From a virus: a stretch of 64,000 nucleotides of DNA. Location: positions 102,581 to 166,580 of the IMG/VR virus record IMGVR_UViG_3300046694_000223. One strand, written 5' to 3'. The position numbers and the translations under genes were made by a program. A model generated the notes under the pieces. That model was not told the origin of the DNA. It searched no databases and was given only the letters and a program-made list of their open reading frames with translations. Shown here one piece after another: positions 49,730 to 59,317 of this stretch (the first letter of the stretch is position 1; every line of letters begins with the position of its first letter).

Positions 49730-50215
49730 ATGAAAATGGTTACATCAGCAAGAAAAAGAAAACTCACAGAAGATACCTATGTAACAATTATTAGTAACTG
49801 TAGAGGATCTTTGGTTTACAAGAATCGTATTGGAGAAGACTGGTTGTTTGGTCAACCAGGAGATGAACAACAGATTTCTATTAAAGAGCTACGTTCTATG
49901 AAATCTTCTCATATTAAATTCTTTTCTGAACAATGGATTATTTTTGCAGAAGAAGATGAAGACGTTATCCCTCATCTTAAACTTGAAAAGTATTATCAGA
50001 ATCTAATTACTCCAGAATATATCATTGAAAAAATGGACGGTGAAGTTGGAGAATTTGAAAGATTCTTGAAATCATCAAACTCTAAAACGGCATCTATGAT
50101 TTTGTCTCTGGCTAGATCCAGATATCAAACTGGAGAACTTAATAATGCACGAGTTATTAGAATCATCGAGGATATGCTTGACGCTGATATCGATGTAGAT
50201 AACCCTCGTAGATAA
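49730..50215 (+). CDS. Head-associated protein (YonA-like)
   Basis: Synteny with the SPbeta head module. Confidence 0.6.
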   Translation: MKMVTSARKRKLTEDTYVTIISNCRGSLVYKNRIGEDWLFGQPGDEQQISIKELRSMKSSHIKFFSEQWIIFAEEDEDVIPHLKLEKYYQNLITPEYIIEKMDGEVGEFERFLKSSNSKTASMILSLARSRYQTGELNNARVIRIIEDMLDADIDVDNPRR

Positions 50216-50226
50216 TGGGGTGAACT

Positions 50227-50646
50227 ATGACCAACTACACTGAGGTGTATAGTGTTTTTCAGAGTCAAATCAATGACATGGAATTCAACAGTTTATCAGT
50301 TGTTGAAGAACTTGAAAAAGTTTATCTAATAAATTCAATCCCCAAATTTCGCAGATGCTTGCAGGATTTAGACGATAGAGACGATGAAAAACTAATTTTC
50401 AATATAGACCTCACTATAGATGAAATGCAAATATTGGGGAATTTGATGGTTGTTGAATATTTGAGTTCGCAAATTATAAGTATTAAGAATATCGAACAAT
50501 CAATGAGCAATGGAGATTTTCGTCTTACTTCTCAAGCTGAACATCTTGGAAGGTTGCTTCAGCTTAGAAAAGATAGACAATCAGAACTATCTAAGACGAT
50601 TGTTGACTACACTTATAGTTTTAGCGATCTTACAAAACTAAGATAA
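50227..50646 (+). CDS. Head-tail adaptor
   Basis: 139 aa, synteny. Confidence 0.65.
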   Translation: MTNYTEVYSVFQSQINDMEFNSLSVVEELEKVYLINSIPKFRRCLQDLDDRDDEKLIFNIDLTIDEMQILGNLMVVEYLSSQIISIKNIEQSMSNGDFRLTSQAEHLGRLLQLRKDRQSELSKTIVDYTYSFSDLTKLR

Positions 50647-50666
50647 CCACTTTGAGGTGGTGAATA

Positions 50667-51896
50667 ATGTCTTATTTAGACATATTTAATGCAAGAAACA
50701 CTGCTTATGGATCAACAATTAGAGACTCTAGAATTGCTGATACTAAGCGTAAAATTACTGGTGCATTTTTTGATCATCCATCCTACTATAACATCTCTGT
50801 CTACACTCCCTCTACTCCTCTATCCTCCACTCCTACTGATGTCTGGATTACAGACGACTCTGAATTAAAAAGTCAAAAAGTCATCACTGCTATTCCAGGT
50901 CAATCCGTAGATGTCGGATATCTCTACCTCTGGAATAATGAATACTGGCTAACAATCCAAAATGATTATCAGCTTGGTGGTATATATGATCGAGGTGTTA
51001 TTTTACGCTGTTATTCGTCAATTAAATGGCTAGACGAAAATGGTGATATAAGATCATCTTGGTTCTGTATGCAATCAAATAGTACATCTAGTTTTGGCAT
51101 TGAAGATGGTCGAGTATTAATCCTCCCCAATGAACGTAGAGAATTAACAATTCAAGATACTATTTACACCAGAAAGATCGAAAAGAATAAACGGTTTATT
51201 GTCGATGGTCGTGCTTGGCGCGTCATTGGAGTCAATAGATTAATTGATGGAATCATAACTCTAACTCTCGAAGAGAACCTGATCAATAAAGACTTGGATA
51301 ATGTTGAACTTGGTATCGCTGATTATTATAACAATATCTCCGATTATAGTGTAACTATATTAAATGGCGAAAATGTGACAATCAGTACAGACCAGACTTT
51401 GCAACTTAATGTTCAAGCAAAAAACAATGATCGAATCATAGAGTCTCCTGTCTTAGTTTATTCAATTGATTTTGATGATGTATCTACAGTATCAACAACA
51501 GGTCTAGTTACCCCTCTGAGATCTGGAATTGTAATAATTGATGTAGTATTTAAAGGTCAAACAGCGTCTATACAGGTCAACATCACTGATGTCGTTACGC
51601 AAAATTATACTTGTGAAATTGTCGGTAAGGATGAGATTACTGTTGGTAAGAGTCAATCCTATGTCATTAATTTCTATGACAATGGAGTCGAATATACTGA
51701 TGAAAGTGTAATTTCATTAAAATCTGATGATGGAGTTAGTGTGACAACTTTGGCTAGTATTAGTGCTCAAGATAGTGTTGCAAATACATTTACTGTATTG
51801 GCTGGAAGTAAAGTTGGATATGTACAATTGATTGCTGGAGATGTAGATGGTAAGAGTAGTGTTATGAAGAGAGTTAGGATTAAACCGTTGTATTAA
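50667..51896 (+). CDS. Head closure/neck protein with C-terminal Ig-like domains
   Basis: VSTVSTTGLVTPLRSGIVIIDV Big_2-like motif. Confidence 0.65.
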   Translation: MSYLDIFNARNTAYGSTIRDSRIADTKRKITGAFFDHPSYYNISVYTPSTPLSSTPTDVWITDDSELKSQKVITAIPGQSVDVGYLYLWNNEYWLTIQNDYQLGGIYDRGVILRCYSSIKWLDENGDIRSSWFCMQSNSTSSFGIEDGRVLILPNERRELTIQDTIYTRKIEKNKRFIVDGRAWRVIGVNRLIDGIITLTLEENLINKDLDNVELGIADYYNNISDYSVTILNGENVTISTDQTLQLNVQAKNNDRIIESPVLVYSIDFDDVSTVSTTGLVTPLRSGIVIIDVVFKGQTASIQVNITDVVTQNYTCEIVGKDEITVGKSQSYVINFYDNGVEYTDESVISLKSDDGVSVTTLASISAQDSVANTFTVLAGSKVGYVQLIAGDVDGKSSVMKRVRIKPLY

Positions 51897-51917
51897 GAGT
51901 CGGGAAGTGATATTACA

Positions 51918-52394
51918 ATGTCTTTTTTCTTAGAAATTAGTGAATATAAAAATACGATAATCGGTAGAATTCTAGAGGATCAGGAATTATGTAAGGCATT
52001 GTTTTATCAATCTCCTGATTTTTTAGATAAGCCAGATATTGAAGATACAACCGAACTGATATATAAGTGTATATTCCCCCATCGCTTCATTCCAGATATA
52101 AACTTAAATACTGGAACATACATTGCGCTTGCATTAGGTGATTATCGATTGGTGAATAACAGTTTTAAGACTGGCATAGTTTCAGTTAATGTATTTACTC
52201 ATAGAGATACATTCAAAACAGATTACCAATGTACAAGAGTTGACTTTATTGCCAATAAAATTGATGAAATGCTGAATTATAAAGATGGGATAGGCTTAGG
52301 AAAACTGGAATTCAAAGCATTGAATGAATATGTGGTCAATGAAAAATTCCAAGGATATGCAATCACTTATAAACCTGTGGATTTTAATAGATGA
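51918..52394 (+). CDS. Tail completion/terminator protein
   Basis: 158 aa, synteny before the tail tube. Confidence 0.6.
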   Translation: MSFFLEISEYKNTIIGRILEDQELCKALFYQSPDFLDKPDIEDTTELIYKCIFPHRFIPDINLNTGTYIALALGDYRLVNNSFKTGIVSVNVFTHRDTFKTDYQCTRVDFIANKIDEMLNYKDGIGLGKLEFKALNEYVVNEKFQGYAITYKPVDFNR

Positions 52395-53107
52395 GTGACA
52401 TCGATGAAAGTATTAGTCTTAAGCTCTTATTGGGTCAGCCAGTTAATGTTAAAGGTGTGAATATATATTCGCCAATATTAAATGAAATAGTGTCTGTTGG
52501 ATATGATACATATAATTATGGACTTTCTTCTCTTCTATTCGATAAAAATTTATTTGAAGACTTAAAGGAAATTAAAGAGTCTAATTTTAATTTGATGGTT
52601 CATTTTTTTGTCAAAGACGAAAGTTTTAGAAATTCTGTTGAGATTGGATCAAGGTTAATCTTTAAGGAAGAAATAAAAGTCGAAATTATTGATAACCGAC
52701 CATGTTTTGTTTTGGGTGATTACACTATCAATCAGAGTTCCCTTGATGATATCCAAAGATTAATAAAAATTGCAAATAGGGTCCCCGACAAAAAGCCAGA
52801 AGATGAATTCAATCCTGGCAACTCTAAAGCTAGAGAAATCATGGAAAAAATACTAAAAGATAGAGCTAAAAGACCACCAAAAAAACCGTTCACTAATCTA
52901 CATAGTATTATATCTGGCCTCTCATGGAAGTCAAATTTAGACATTTTGAAGATTGGCAATTTAACAATCTATCAAGTATATGACGGTTTTTACAGGATGG
53001 AAAACATAGATCATTATAATGGCATCCTTACAGGTATTTACACTGGAAATATTGATTCCTCAAAAATCAAATTACAAGAAAGTGCCTGGACAAAAATTAT
53101 AGATTAA
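52391..53107 (+). CDS. Tail module protein
   Basis: 238 aa, synteny. Confidence 0.6.
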   Translation: MSDIDESISLKLLLGQPVNVKGVNIYSPILNEIVSVGYDTYNYGLSSLLFDKNLFEDLKEIKESNFNLMVHFFVKDESFRNSVEIGSRLIFKEEIKVEIIDNRPCFVLGDYTINQSSLDDIQRLIKIANRVPDKKPEDEFNPGNSKAREIMEKILKDRAKRPPKKPFTNLHSIISGLSWKSNLDILKIGNLTIYQVYDGFYRMENIDHYNGILTGIYTGNIDSSKIKLQESAWTKIID

Positions 53108-53123
53108 TAGGAGGAATTTATTA

Positions 53124-53918
53124 ATGGCAACAACAAACCGTTGGGCTATTCGTGATGTCGCTACGGCATCATTTTTTGACCTTGTAACTGGAAAACTTAA
53201 GGTAAAGCTGGATAGTCTCAAAACAAGTGGCTTGGAGAACACTTCTGAGATTGTATACGTCCAGGGGGGTAGTGGGAATCCAAAACTTGTTGGATTTTCT
53301 GGGTCTCGTGCTGCAAGATTCACACTCCAGGACGCTCTTTTTTCTAATGACATGATCGCTATGATGCTTGGCACTGATGTTGTAACAGGTGCAGTTCCTG
53401 TGACTGTTAACGAAGCTCTAACTGTAACAAGCAATGCTGCAACATTGGAATATACACCAACTACTACTGGTGCGCTGAAAAGCGTCAACAAACTCCTGGC
53501 AGATGGAACTATCTCTGATCCATTGATTTATACTGCCTCCACTCCAACCACTGGACAATATAAGGTAACTGGAAAATCTATCTCTTTGTTCGCTGGAGAT
53601 GTTGCTACTGGCGGAAAAATTCTGGCCTATTATGAAACAACTGCTGGAGCAGATACTAAACAACTCAAGGCACAAACTAATAAATTTGCCGGAAGTTACA
53701 AATTGATTCTAGATGTGCTAGTTAGAGACTTTTTCACTAAGCAGGATTTCTATGCTCAGATTGTGATTCCATCTGCAAAAATTGAAGACTCTTTTAACTT
53801 GACAATGGCTCCTGATGGAGATCCTTCTGTTCTGGATATTCCTATGGAAGCTTTGGCTGTGCCTGGAACAAAAGACCTTTATACCATGTATATCTTTGAC
53901 GAAAGCGAACTGGCTTAA
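53124..53918 (+). CDS. Major tail (tube) protein
   Basis: Thr/Ala/Gly-rich, DGDPSV motif, strong RBS, followed by a terminator. Confidence 0.8.
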   Translation: MATTNRWAIRDVATASFFDLVTGKLKVKLDSLKTSGLENTSEIVYVQGGSGNPKLVGFSGSRAARFTLQDALFSNDMIAMMLGTDVVTGAVPVTVNEALTVTSNAATLEYTPTTTGALKSVNKLLADGTISDPLIYTASTPTTGQYKVTGKSISLFAGDVATGGKILAYYETTAGADTKQLKAQTNKFAGSYKLILDVLVRDFFTKQDFYAQIVIPSAKIEDSFNLTMAPDGDPSVLDIPMEALAVPGTKDLYTMYIFDESELA

Positions 53919-53936
53919 TAAAAAGATAAATATATT

Positions 53937-53973
53937 AAGCCCATCCTCATTTTTATAGTGGATGGGCTTTTTT
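53937..53973 (+). terminator. Intrinsic terminator after the tail tube gene
   Basis: AAGCCCATCC...GGATGGGCTTTTTT. Confidence 0.8.
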
Positions 53974-54010
53974 ATATCTATTTTAAATAAATTAATATTG
54001 GGAGAATTTT

Positions 54011-54748
54011 ATGAATAATCAACCAACAATCACCATAGCGGCAGCATGTCGCAACCGAGATTTTGTTATTTATAAATATCTTGATCATATTAATAACATC
54101 TCATATCCAAAGAATCTTATCTCACTCTATTTTCTTATTAATGACAGTACGGATAAAACAGAATCAATTTTACGTCAATTCAAACAATTGCATAATAATG
54201 AATACAACTCTATTACAATCGAAACAATGAATCGAAAAGTTCCCGAAGATATTCGTAGCACAAAAGTCAGAAATGAATATATATACAATCACTTGAGTAT
54301 TTTGAAGAATCATATCATGTCTAAAGTCAATACAGATAAACTCCTGTTTATTGATTCTGATATTTTAGTTCCTGATGATATAATTAACAATTTGCTCAAT
54401 GCAGATAAAAATATTATATCATCACTTATATATAATGGTTATTTGGTATCTCCTGAAGCACCGCATAAATATCCGAACATTATGAAGCTCGAAGAAAACG
54501 GACAATACAAGCATATCTCTAATTACTATGTTAAGAATGCCTCCACATTAACCGAACAGAAATTATATAAAGTTGACTTAACAGGTGCAGTTTTTCTATT
54601 AGATAAAAATGTTTATAAAAATGTGAAGTTTGGATACCATCCTCAAGGCGAAGACGCTTATTTCTGCAAGATGGCACAGGATCAAGGATTTGAGTTGTGG
54701 TGTGATGTTTCTACATTTTCAAGACATGTCATGAGCAAAGATATGTAA
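54011..54748 (+). CDS. GT-A fold glycosyltransferase (GT2/Anp1-like)
   Basis: ACRNR..YPK..NDSTDKT, LFIDSDI DxD, GAVFLL, GEDAYFC. Confidence 0.85.
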   Translation: MNNQPTITIAAACRNRDFVIYKYLDHINNISYPKNLISLYFLINDSTDKTESILRQFKQLHNNEYNSITIETMNRKVPEDIRSTKVRNEYIYNHLSILKNHIMSKVNTDKLLFIDSDILVPDDIINNLLNADKNIISSLIYNGYLVSPEAPHKYPNIMKLEENGQYKHISNYYVKNASTLTEQKLYKVDLTGAVFLLDKNVYKNVKFGYHPQGEDAYFCKMAQDQGFELWCDVSTFSRHVMSKDM

Positions 54749-54801
54749 TTTAAGAATATATAATAAAAATAAATCTATAAATTTTCAGGGAGATCGTTAA
54801 C

Positions 54802-55599
54802 ATGACTATGAATATTGCTATTATATATAGTCCCAATTGGGCTGAGTGGGCAGCGGTTGAAACATATTCTATATTTAAAACCAATGAAGGAAATATTAAA
54901 GTATATCTGATTTCTGATAAAGATGGAATTTTTGATGCCAGTTATATTACAGATTACTTTGGTGATAGATGCAAGATTGAGTTTATTAATGCAGAGGATA
55001 AATTTAAAGAGTTGATCCCTAGTACTGTTAATGTGAGTTCTAGATTTACAAGATACGCATTGTATCGATTAATGCTTCCAACTCTTGTTGATGATGATAA
55101 ATTACTTCATATCGACGCAGACGCTCTGGTCATTGGCGATGTGACTGATTTGTACAATACGAATATTGATGATTATTATATTTCTGGAGCACTAGATATT
55201 CACGCTGATCATTATAATCTGAAGAAACCATTAGGATTAACTGATAAAGATGTATATGTAAACGCTGGAGTTCTGCTTATGAATCTGAAGAAGATTAGAG
55301 AAGATAAAATTTATGATAAATGGCTATACGACATCAATCATAAAGCATTTCAAACTCACGACCAGTGTGTTATCAATAAGAGCTGCCGAAAGAAGATTTT
55401 TCTTATGGATAATAAATATAATGTTTCAATTTCAACTGGATTGAATGTTGAGAGAGATAAAGTCAGAGTTATACACTACGCAGGAACGGAGAAACCCTGG
55501 AGTAGTAATAATGTTCCTCATCCCCACTTCTGGTTCAGAACAGTAAAAGATTATCGTAAGACTTTTGGAATTGGTAAATCAGAGGTGCAAAATGGCTAA
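54802..55599 (+). CDS. GT8-family glycosyltransferase
   Basis: YRL, HIDADALV, YVNAGVLLMNL, DQCVIN, IHYAGTEKPW. Confidence 0.92.
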   Translation: MTMNIAIIYSPNWAEWAAVETYSIFKTNEGNIKVYLISDKDGIFDASYITDYFGDRCKIEFINAEDKFKELIPSTVNVSSRFTRYALYRLMLPTLVDDDKLLHIDADALVIGDVTDLYNTNIDDYYISGALDIHADHYNLKKPLGLTDKDVYVNAGVLLMNLKKIREDKIYDKWLYDINHKAFQTHDQCVINKSCRKKIFLMDNKYNVSISTGLNVERDKVRVIHYAGTEKPWSSNNVPHPHFWFRTVKDYRKTFGIGKSEVQNG

Positions 55600-56248
55600 A
55601 AAACTTATTAATAGACGAATTTTTTATTGCTGGTTCGGAGGAGCAGAGAAACCTCCAATGGTTCAAAAGTGTATTGCAAGTTGGAAAGAACATAATCCAA
55701 CTTGGGAGATTGTTGAGATTAATGAATCAAACTTCCCTGTTGATGAATATCCATTTGTTCAAGAGGCGTTAAACCGTAAAAAGTATGCTTTTGCAACCGA
55801 CATCGCAAGGCTTTATGTGCTTTATAATTATGGAGGATTATATTGTGACAGCGACTTTTTCTGTGTTAAACCTCTAGATCGTTTCCTTGAAACTCGTGCA
55901 TTCACTGGGCATGAAACTAAGGATCTAATGGTTACGGCTATTATGGGTAGTGTTAAAGGTCATGAGTGGGTGAAAATGTTGCTCGATTATTATAATGATC
56001 GTCCATATAGTGAAAACACTAATACTAACATTATTACTCAATTAAGTAGACCATGGGTTATTCGTGAAAATGAATACGGCTATAGATGGCTTAAGGGTGA
56101 TGTTACCATTTATCCGATTTCACATTTTTGTAGTTTTAATCATCAAAAACTTGAAGTAATTCCACACAAAGACGCTTACGGGTATCATTTATTCCTTGGT
56201 TCCTGGACTGGAAGACAGGTTAGAGATGTTGTGATTCCAAAGGTGTAG
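55592..56248 (+). CDS. GT32-family (DXD sugar-binding) glycosyltransferase
   Basis: YCWFGG..CIASW..AFATDIARLYVLYNYGGLYCDSD; GAGGTG RBS before MAKKL. Confidence 0.9.
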   Translation: MAKKLINRRIFYCWFGGAEKPPMVQKCIASWKEHNPTWEIVEINESNFPVDEYPFVQEALNRKKYAFATDIARLYVLYNYGGLYCDSDFFCVKPLDRFLETRAFTGHETKDLMVTAIMGSVKGHEWVKMLLDYYNDRPYSENTNTNIITQLSRPWVIRENEYGYRWLKGDVTIYPISHFCSFNHQKLEVIPHKDAYGYHLFLGSWTGRQVRDVVIPKV

Positions 56249-56285
56249 TAATTAAACAAATATATTAATGGGAGTGATTAAATAA

Positions 56286-56771
56286 ATGTCAAAAAAACTT
56301 ACTGCTGCTGAACTAAATAAACTTAGTTCCAAATTTAACGAACTAAAAAAAGTACATATTCTTGATGGTCAATATGAAGTATCTATTCATACCAGTTTCC
56401 GCGAGTCACTGATTGAAAATGTAGTTATGACATACATTGGATTACTTGAAGACTTGAAGAAAAGCGAAAATGTAACCAATGAGACAATTAAGAATACAGT
56501 TGTACTCCTTGACACATTGATTCTTAGAGAGTTTACTGATCTTCCTATCCCAAAGAAAAATGATATTCCTAACTTGATTAAATTTACACACAACTTGCTA
56601 GACAATGGTATTTTAGTTGAAGTATATAATCATATTCCAAAGGATCAAATCGAGAAAGTAAAAACTAAACTTGAACAAGTATCAAAAGGCATTGGTGAAG
56701 CAACAGCAGAGCTTGCAATTCAAGCAGCATTACAAGAAGAAAAAACAGAAGTTGATTCTGATGAACTTTAA
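56286..56771 (+). CDS. Putative tail assembly chaperone
   Basis: 161 aa, tail-module position. Confidence 0.55.
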   Translation: MSKKLTAAELNKLSSKFNELKKVHILDGQYEVSIHTSFRESLIENVVMTYIGLLEDLKKSENVTNETIKNTVVLLDTLILREFTDLPIPKKNDIPNLIKFTHNLLDNGILVEVYNHIPKDQIEKVKTKLEQVSKGIGEATAELAIQAALQEEKTEVDSDEL

Positions 56772-57204
56772 GAATGTCAATGATTTAGCCAAATACATAA
56801 ATCAGCAAGTATTGTCCAAAACACTCAAAGAAGACGTTGGTGAAAAACTGGTCAGACCAAAGTTAAAAGAGAATATCCAATCTGAGGTCTATGATGTTTA
56901 TGAAGAACCTGTTGTATATGAACGTTTAAAAGAACATGGCGGTTTACTTGACGATGCTAATATCCACGTAGATATGGTTAACTCGAACACTGTATCCATT
57001 GAGAGCAAACGTATGGATGATGGTAGAGATGTATCTGTCATTGTTGAAACTGGTGTTGGGTACAACGAGGAATGGTCTTTCCCTTATACACATAAGGGGA
57101 GGCCCTTTACTGAGGTTACGAGAGATGAATTGTTGAATGATGGTGGCGTTGAACATGCTATTTATAATGGGTTGAAGCGACAGGGATTGAATGTAAAGAA
57201 GTAG
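56761..57204 (+). CDS. Tail/neck protein (HK97 gp10-like), likely start MNFKN
   Basis: VYDVY..YER..GGL...RPFTE pattern. Confidence 0.6.
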   Translation: MNFKNVNDLAKYINQQVLSKTLKEDVGEKLVRPKLKENIQSEVYDVYEEPVVYERLKEHGGLLDDANIHVDMVNSNTVSIESKRMDDGRDVSVIVETGVGYNEEWSFPYTHKGRPFTEVTRDELLNDGGVEHAIYNGLKRQGLNVKK

Positions 57205-57242
57205 TGCGTAAGTTTTGATAAAATGGTTATTTAATAAACATT

Positions 57243-57440
57243 TTGGAGGGCGATTTAATGAATCTGACTTCTCCTATTCCCTATTATACTTTAGAAGGAC
57301 TTACTGTTTTAGCAAGTCAAGAAGAGATTTTGTCTTATGAAATGCAAAAGAAAATTGGGGATAAATTGCTTAATGAAACTAAGTTAAAAATTATAGAAGA
57401 TAAAATCGTTAATTTTTCTATATACCATAAAAACACATAA
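57243..57440 (+). CDS. Hypothetical protein
   Basis: GGAGG RBS before MNLTSP; follows the palindrome at 57218. Confidence 0.55.
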   Translation: MEGDLMNLTSPIPYYTLEGLTVLASQEEILSYEMQKKIGDKLLNETKLKIIEDKIVNFSIYHKNT

Positions 57441-57452
57441 GGATTTGATGCA

Positions 57453-58535
57453 ATGAGCAAGAAAGTAAATAAGCAGAATACGTTGCGAGAACCCGCTAAG
57501 AAATTAGAGGAAGTAACTGAAGAAATGTGGCTCAAGGTGAATGATGACTATCGCAACCTTGCAGAAGAATTCGTCTCGGTCCAGGACTTGAGTATTCAAT
57601 CGAAATCACAGTACAAAAGTGTATTGAGACAATTCGGATGGTACATGTTCAACTCAATGAACAACAAGAAGTTTTATGAAATTACAAAGCGTGACTTTAT
57701 TAGGTATCTTAGTTATATCCGTGATAACAGAAAGATGTCTTCTTCTGCCATCGGCGTTCGAAAGTCTGTAGTGTCAAGTTTGTGCAACTATATTGAGAAT
57801 GTTGTAGCAGAAGATGATTCTAACTATAAAATGTTCAGAAACTTTACTCGTGGCCTCCCTTCTATCCCCCGTAATCGTGTTTATGAAAAGGTTAAAGTCA
57901 CCAAAGAAGAATACGACATGATGATGAGTGTACTAGAAGGTGATAAGAACTGGTTGGGTATGGCATGGCTTGCTACGGCCTTCCTGGTTGGTGCTAGACG
58001 AGCAGAGATTATTCAGTTTAAAACTGAAATACTCGAATATTCAGTTGTTGAAGGACAGAACTATGTAATGTCTCATGTTGTTAGGGGAAAAGGAGCTTCG
58101 ACTGACGGCAAAAAACTAGAATATATGATCAAATTAGAAGTTCTGAAACATTGGAAAAAGTGGATTGATGAAAGAGGATACGAAAGCGAATATGTATTTA
58201 CTACAAAATATGATCATGAACCCAAAGCAATGTCTTCTGCATGGGCAAATGATTTTTGTATGAACACCCTTTCCGATATTCTTGAACGCCGAATCAATGT
58301 ACATATTTTTAAGAATTCTTGTATTACATATCTGCTTGAATCTGGAGTTCCTATGCATCTTGTTTCTAAATATGTAGCTCATCATAATGATATCTCTACA
58401 ACTCAGATCTATGATTTGCGTGACTTTGAAGAAGAAAAGAATAAGATATTTGATGTTAATGCAACATTTGATAAAGATGAGTCGGAACAATCAGAAGGAA
58501 GTTCGTCTGGATCGTTCGGTAAAAAGAAAAGATAG
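57453..58535 (+). CDS. Tyrosine recombinase family protein (YomM-like)
   Basis: GARRAE (R), RGKG (K), HIFK (HxxK in place of HxxR), AHH, TTQIY (Y). Confidence 0.85.
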   Translation: MSKKVNKQNTLREPAKKLEEVTEEMWLKVNDDYRNLAEEFVSVQDLSIQSKSQYKSVLRQFGWYMFNSMNNKKFYEITKRDFIRYLSYIRDNRKMSSSAIGVRKSVVSSLCNYIENVVAEDDSNYKMFRNFTRGLPSIPRNRVYEKVKVTKEEYDMMMSVLEGDKNWLGMAWLATAFLVGARRAEIIQFKTEILEYSVVEGQNYVMSHVVRGKGASTDGKKLEYMIKLEVLKHWKKWIDERGYESEYVFTTKYDHEPKAMSSAWANDFCMNTLSDILERRINVHIFKNSCITYLLESGVPMHLVSKYVAHHNDISTTQIYDLRDFEEEKNKIFDVNATFDKDESEQSEGSSSGSFGKKKR

Positions 58536-58545
58536 GAGATAAGTA

Positions 58546-58818
58546 ATGAAAGCAACAGTTAGAGGAATTGAAGTTGAAGGAACAGTTGAGGAAATAGCTC
58601 AACTAATTTTTGAGATTGATAAGAATAAGAAGTTGCCACCTGCCACAACTTTTCCTGTCCATCCTATTTATGAGTATCATCCCCCAGTTTATGTCACTCC
58701 TCTTCCCTCCGTACTTAATCCTGACCCAATAGTTAGACCTCAAGTATGGTGCGGTGGATATACGAGTGGTGATAGCACTATGTGTAAACAAGATCCGAAT
58801 ATTCAAATGTATAATTAG
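58546..58818 (+). CDS. Pro-rich hypothetical protein
   Basis: 90 aa, AGGAG RBS; followed by the palindrome at 58827. Confidence 0.65.
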   Translation: MKATVRGIEVEGTVEEIAQLIFEIDKNKKLPPATTFPVHPIYEYHPPVYVTPLPSVLNPDPIVRPQVWCGGYTSGDSTMCKQDPNIQMYN

Positions 58819-59161
58819 GTAACTTGATAAATCTATCATTTTACGAGGAATTCACACTTAAAAAGTCCAATGTTTATGCGGGTTTTTCGATCATTGAAAA
58901 TTGAATAATTCTCGAAATAGTCAGCATCTATTCGTAGGTGTTGGCAGTTTTGCAAATTATTTAAAATATTACCCAATGTGAAACTTTCGGGTACTCAAGC
59001 AAGGAAATTTATGGTATACTTGATACGAAGTAACCCTACTCTCAATTAAGTCATTGACCAATATAAGACTATGAATAATCTCTTCTTCTTAATCATAAAC
59101 TAACCTATCAAAATTGATAGGAGCTGTGAAAAGAATGAAGAAGAAAAAAGGAGGAAAAAGA

Positions 59162-59317
59162 ATGAGTACATTGGCGAAAGTTATTAATATTAATGATGGT
59201 CGTCAAAGCAAAAAGAATATCGCAAAGTATCAACAAGTTAAACCCATCAAAAAACTTTCCGATCGAGATATGAAAGCTTCGCAAGAATTTATAAGAAGAA
59301 GTTGGGAGCGAGATTGA
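59162..59317 (+). CDS. Small basic protein, putative antitoxin
   Basis: AGGAGG RBS before MSTLAK; stop overlaps the next gene's start. Confidence 0.55.
   Translation: MSTLAKVININDGRQSKKNIAKYQQVKPIKKLSDRDMKASQEFIRRSWERD

Noticed and set aside
37888-56270. ATAAATATA-like strings after late genes (37888, 49674, 53926, 56257) as YonO promoters
   Set aside because: Too short and AT-rich to separate from background without TSS data
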